DNA of 64,000 nucleotides. Source: Octopus sinensis (taxonomy: Eukaryota). The position numbers and the translations under genes are program-made. Positions within the stretch are counted from its first letter, which is position 1; each line of letters starts with the position of its first letter. The DNA lies in the NCBI RefSeq assembly GCF_006345805.1, contig NC_043013.1, forward strand, positions 496,001 through 560,000, written 5' to 3'. The notes below the pieces were generated by a model, which was not told the DNA's origin, searched no databases, and saw nothing but the letters and a program-made list of their open reading frames with translations. Shown in pieces: positions 61,821-64,000 of the stretch.

Positions 61821-63199
61821 ATAACTTTGTAGTTAAGAATTATGAAGAACAGATTTTAAGTCCCATTCCGTAGCATGGCACTATGGCCAAGTGTCTTCTA
61901 TACTCTAGGCTAATCAGAACCTTGAGATTAAGATGGAAACTGAAACAAGCCTGTTATATATATCATCTTCATCCTTTAACATCCATTTTCCATGCTGCTG
62001 TGTGTTTTTCATATCTCTTTGTCTTGATATTACATAGTAATTGTAAACTTCACCATCCTGCAAGTGGTGTCATTCTCTGCATATCCAGCCACTGTGCTGT
62101 TCATGCTCGGAACCCTGTGAAGATGGGTGAGATAGGAAAAGCAACCAGCTATAGATCTGCTTCAACAAATTTCAATTGACACATGTAAGCATGGACAAAT
62201 GGATGTTAAAACAATTATGTATGTGTGATTTAGCAGAATTGTTAATATGGATAAAATGCACAATGGTATTATATCTAAGTTTGAATCTTTTCAGTTCTTC
62301 ATTACCATTATACGCAAAGGTAAAAAAGTAAGATTTGTATTTTTTCTATTTTATATAGCTTTCTCTATTTTGTGAATATATAGCTCTATTTATAACAATG
62401 AACCATTACTAGTGTATGTAATAATGTGTTTGGTCTCTTGACAGGATTGTGGAGGTGCAAAAATATGATTGTCAGATATAATACGGCAGATTTTTCTATG
62501 GTTAGCTATTCAGTTCAAACTAGATTCTTGAAATATCTGTAAGTAATTTCTGTAATAAGGGTGTTTTACTTTTAGAACAGAAAAGAAAAATGGTCTTAGA
62601 AATTAAGGATAACTTTTTTGTTTTTTGGTCACATTATTGTATGTTGTTACACTATTTACTTTCATAATTTATTATATAATCTGTCATAGGTTCATTTATT
62701 AAAGTATTAAAGAAAAAGCTTGCCGAAGAGGAGATACTTCAATGAAGTACAAATTGTTGAAGTTTTACAAGAAATTTAGAAAAACAGTTTCAACCTTGTA
62801 ATACTGACCTGTGCTCTGAGAATTTCCATTTTCAAGTGTTTGTACCTAAATTTAAATCTTGTTCAAAATCTCATTAAAACTTGATTTCATGAGATTTCAG
62901 TTGGTAAACACTATTGTTATCCATGAATGCATGAAGTCAAAGATAGTTTATTAAGCTCCTAAGTTTTGATTACATTAAAAAATTAATTGAAACAAATGGT
63001 GTATTCATCAGAAGTCTATTATGTTCATGCATCTATCAAGAAAAAATATGAAAATCATTTTGTTTTGTTTTTGAAATCCAATTTAAAACAAATGATGATT
63101 GTGAAGATAATTATTATTTGCCTTCATTGAGAGAAGAACAATGATGAGAAATGTTTCAATTCAGAATGAAGTCATGGAATATAATAGCTAACAATATCA

Positions 63200-63400
63200 C
63201 CTTTTAGTGCCTTGCTTTCATGCTGGTGTGGGTTGGACAGCTTGACTGAAGCTAGTCAGTTAAGGACTACCAAACTACTTTCTGCTTTGGAATGGTTTCT
63301 ATGGTAAGGTACCCATCCTAATGCCAACCACTCCACAAAGTGTACTGGGTACTTTTTATGTGGCACCATCACCAGGGAGGTTACCAAGTAACTTGCAGGA
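63200..63400 (-). mobile_element. RTE-type tail fragment
   Basis: TTTCATGCTGGTGTGGGTTGGACAG...CCTAATGCCAACCACT...TTTTTATGTGGCACC. Confidence 0.7.
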
Positions 63401-64000
63401 CAAACACCCATCGACTGAGAGGAAATAAGTTAGAGGAGGAGAGATGATGTTGTCAGGGGCACACCTTCAAGTTACAGGGAGGGGTACTTAAAGGAAGTGG
63501 TACAGAGGCTTGGCTAGGATGAGGGGGCAGGCGTGTGAAAGAGTAGATGGTAGAGTGGGCAAGGCAGTTAGTGAACATGGGTGGAAGGAGGGAGGGATGT
63601 TACGAAGCGGAGTTGGGGGAAGAGAGGCATAGACATGAATGGTGTCCCTTTTGGGGCTTCATTTTTACTTAGAAGGATAAATCTTCTCAAACACAACAAA
63701 TCGTTAAATATCTTGGTCCTTTGTCATTTGGAAAATTATTTGTCATTTTGACTTTTTTTAGGTTTATTATAATCCTGAATCTCAATCCTGGACCACAATC
63801 AATAAAGACAAAAAAAGAAATAACCTGCATAGTTACAGCTGAAACTAGTAACAGTTAATTATTTTTAGAATAAACTCTGGAATCTGAGGAAATTGGTGAT
63901 GGTCTGCATTGGCAACAATTCATCTGTAGAATTCAATAAATTCAATAGTCATGGAGTAAAGAATCTAACATGATGATTCTCACTGCGGAATTTTAAAAAT

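Noticed and set aside
63762-63860. Candidate Spire exon 2 after a T-rich AG
   Set aside because: The phase-1 reading hits a stop immediately, and the open frame (VYYNPESQSW...) does not resemble KIND.

Overview
AT-rich, repeat-dense animal genomic DNA. The repeat families and gene content point to a cephalopod (octopus-like); this is inference. Two host genes lie on the + strand: the last six coding exons of SMC5 (466-9908, all phase-0 introns, C-terminal ABC-ATPase motifs) and the first coding exon of a Spire-family KIND-domain gene (26584-26914). I found no second Spire exon in the remaining 37 kb, which I read as intron 1. The rest is decayed LINEs (RTE, CR1/L2, an ORF1-only zinc-knuckle relic), Gypsy integrase scraps, several tRNA-derived SINE families, mariner and piggyBac MITEs, non-autonomous Helitrons and microsatellites. 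The most striking signal is a set of minimal hammerhead-ribozyme (HHR) motifs in three short repeat families. One family is a tRNA-headed (Pol III A/B box) element carrying an HHR. It occurs twice (32.8-33.2 kb and 39.2-39.7 kb) as a head-to-head inverted dimer with one long and one short arm, each dimer flanked by a 10-11 bp direct repeat that looks like a target-site duplication. This suggests a Penelope-mobilised, ribozyme-bearing SINE/retrozyme hybrid. There is also a CpG-decayed duplicate of the SMC5 terminal exon end and 3'UTR inside the last SMC5 intron. All calls are by eye, with no database searches, and repeat boundaries are approximate unless stated.
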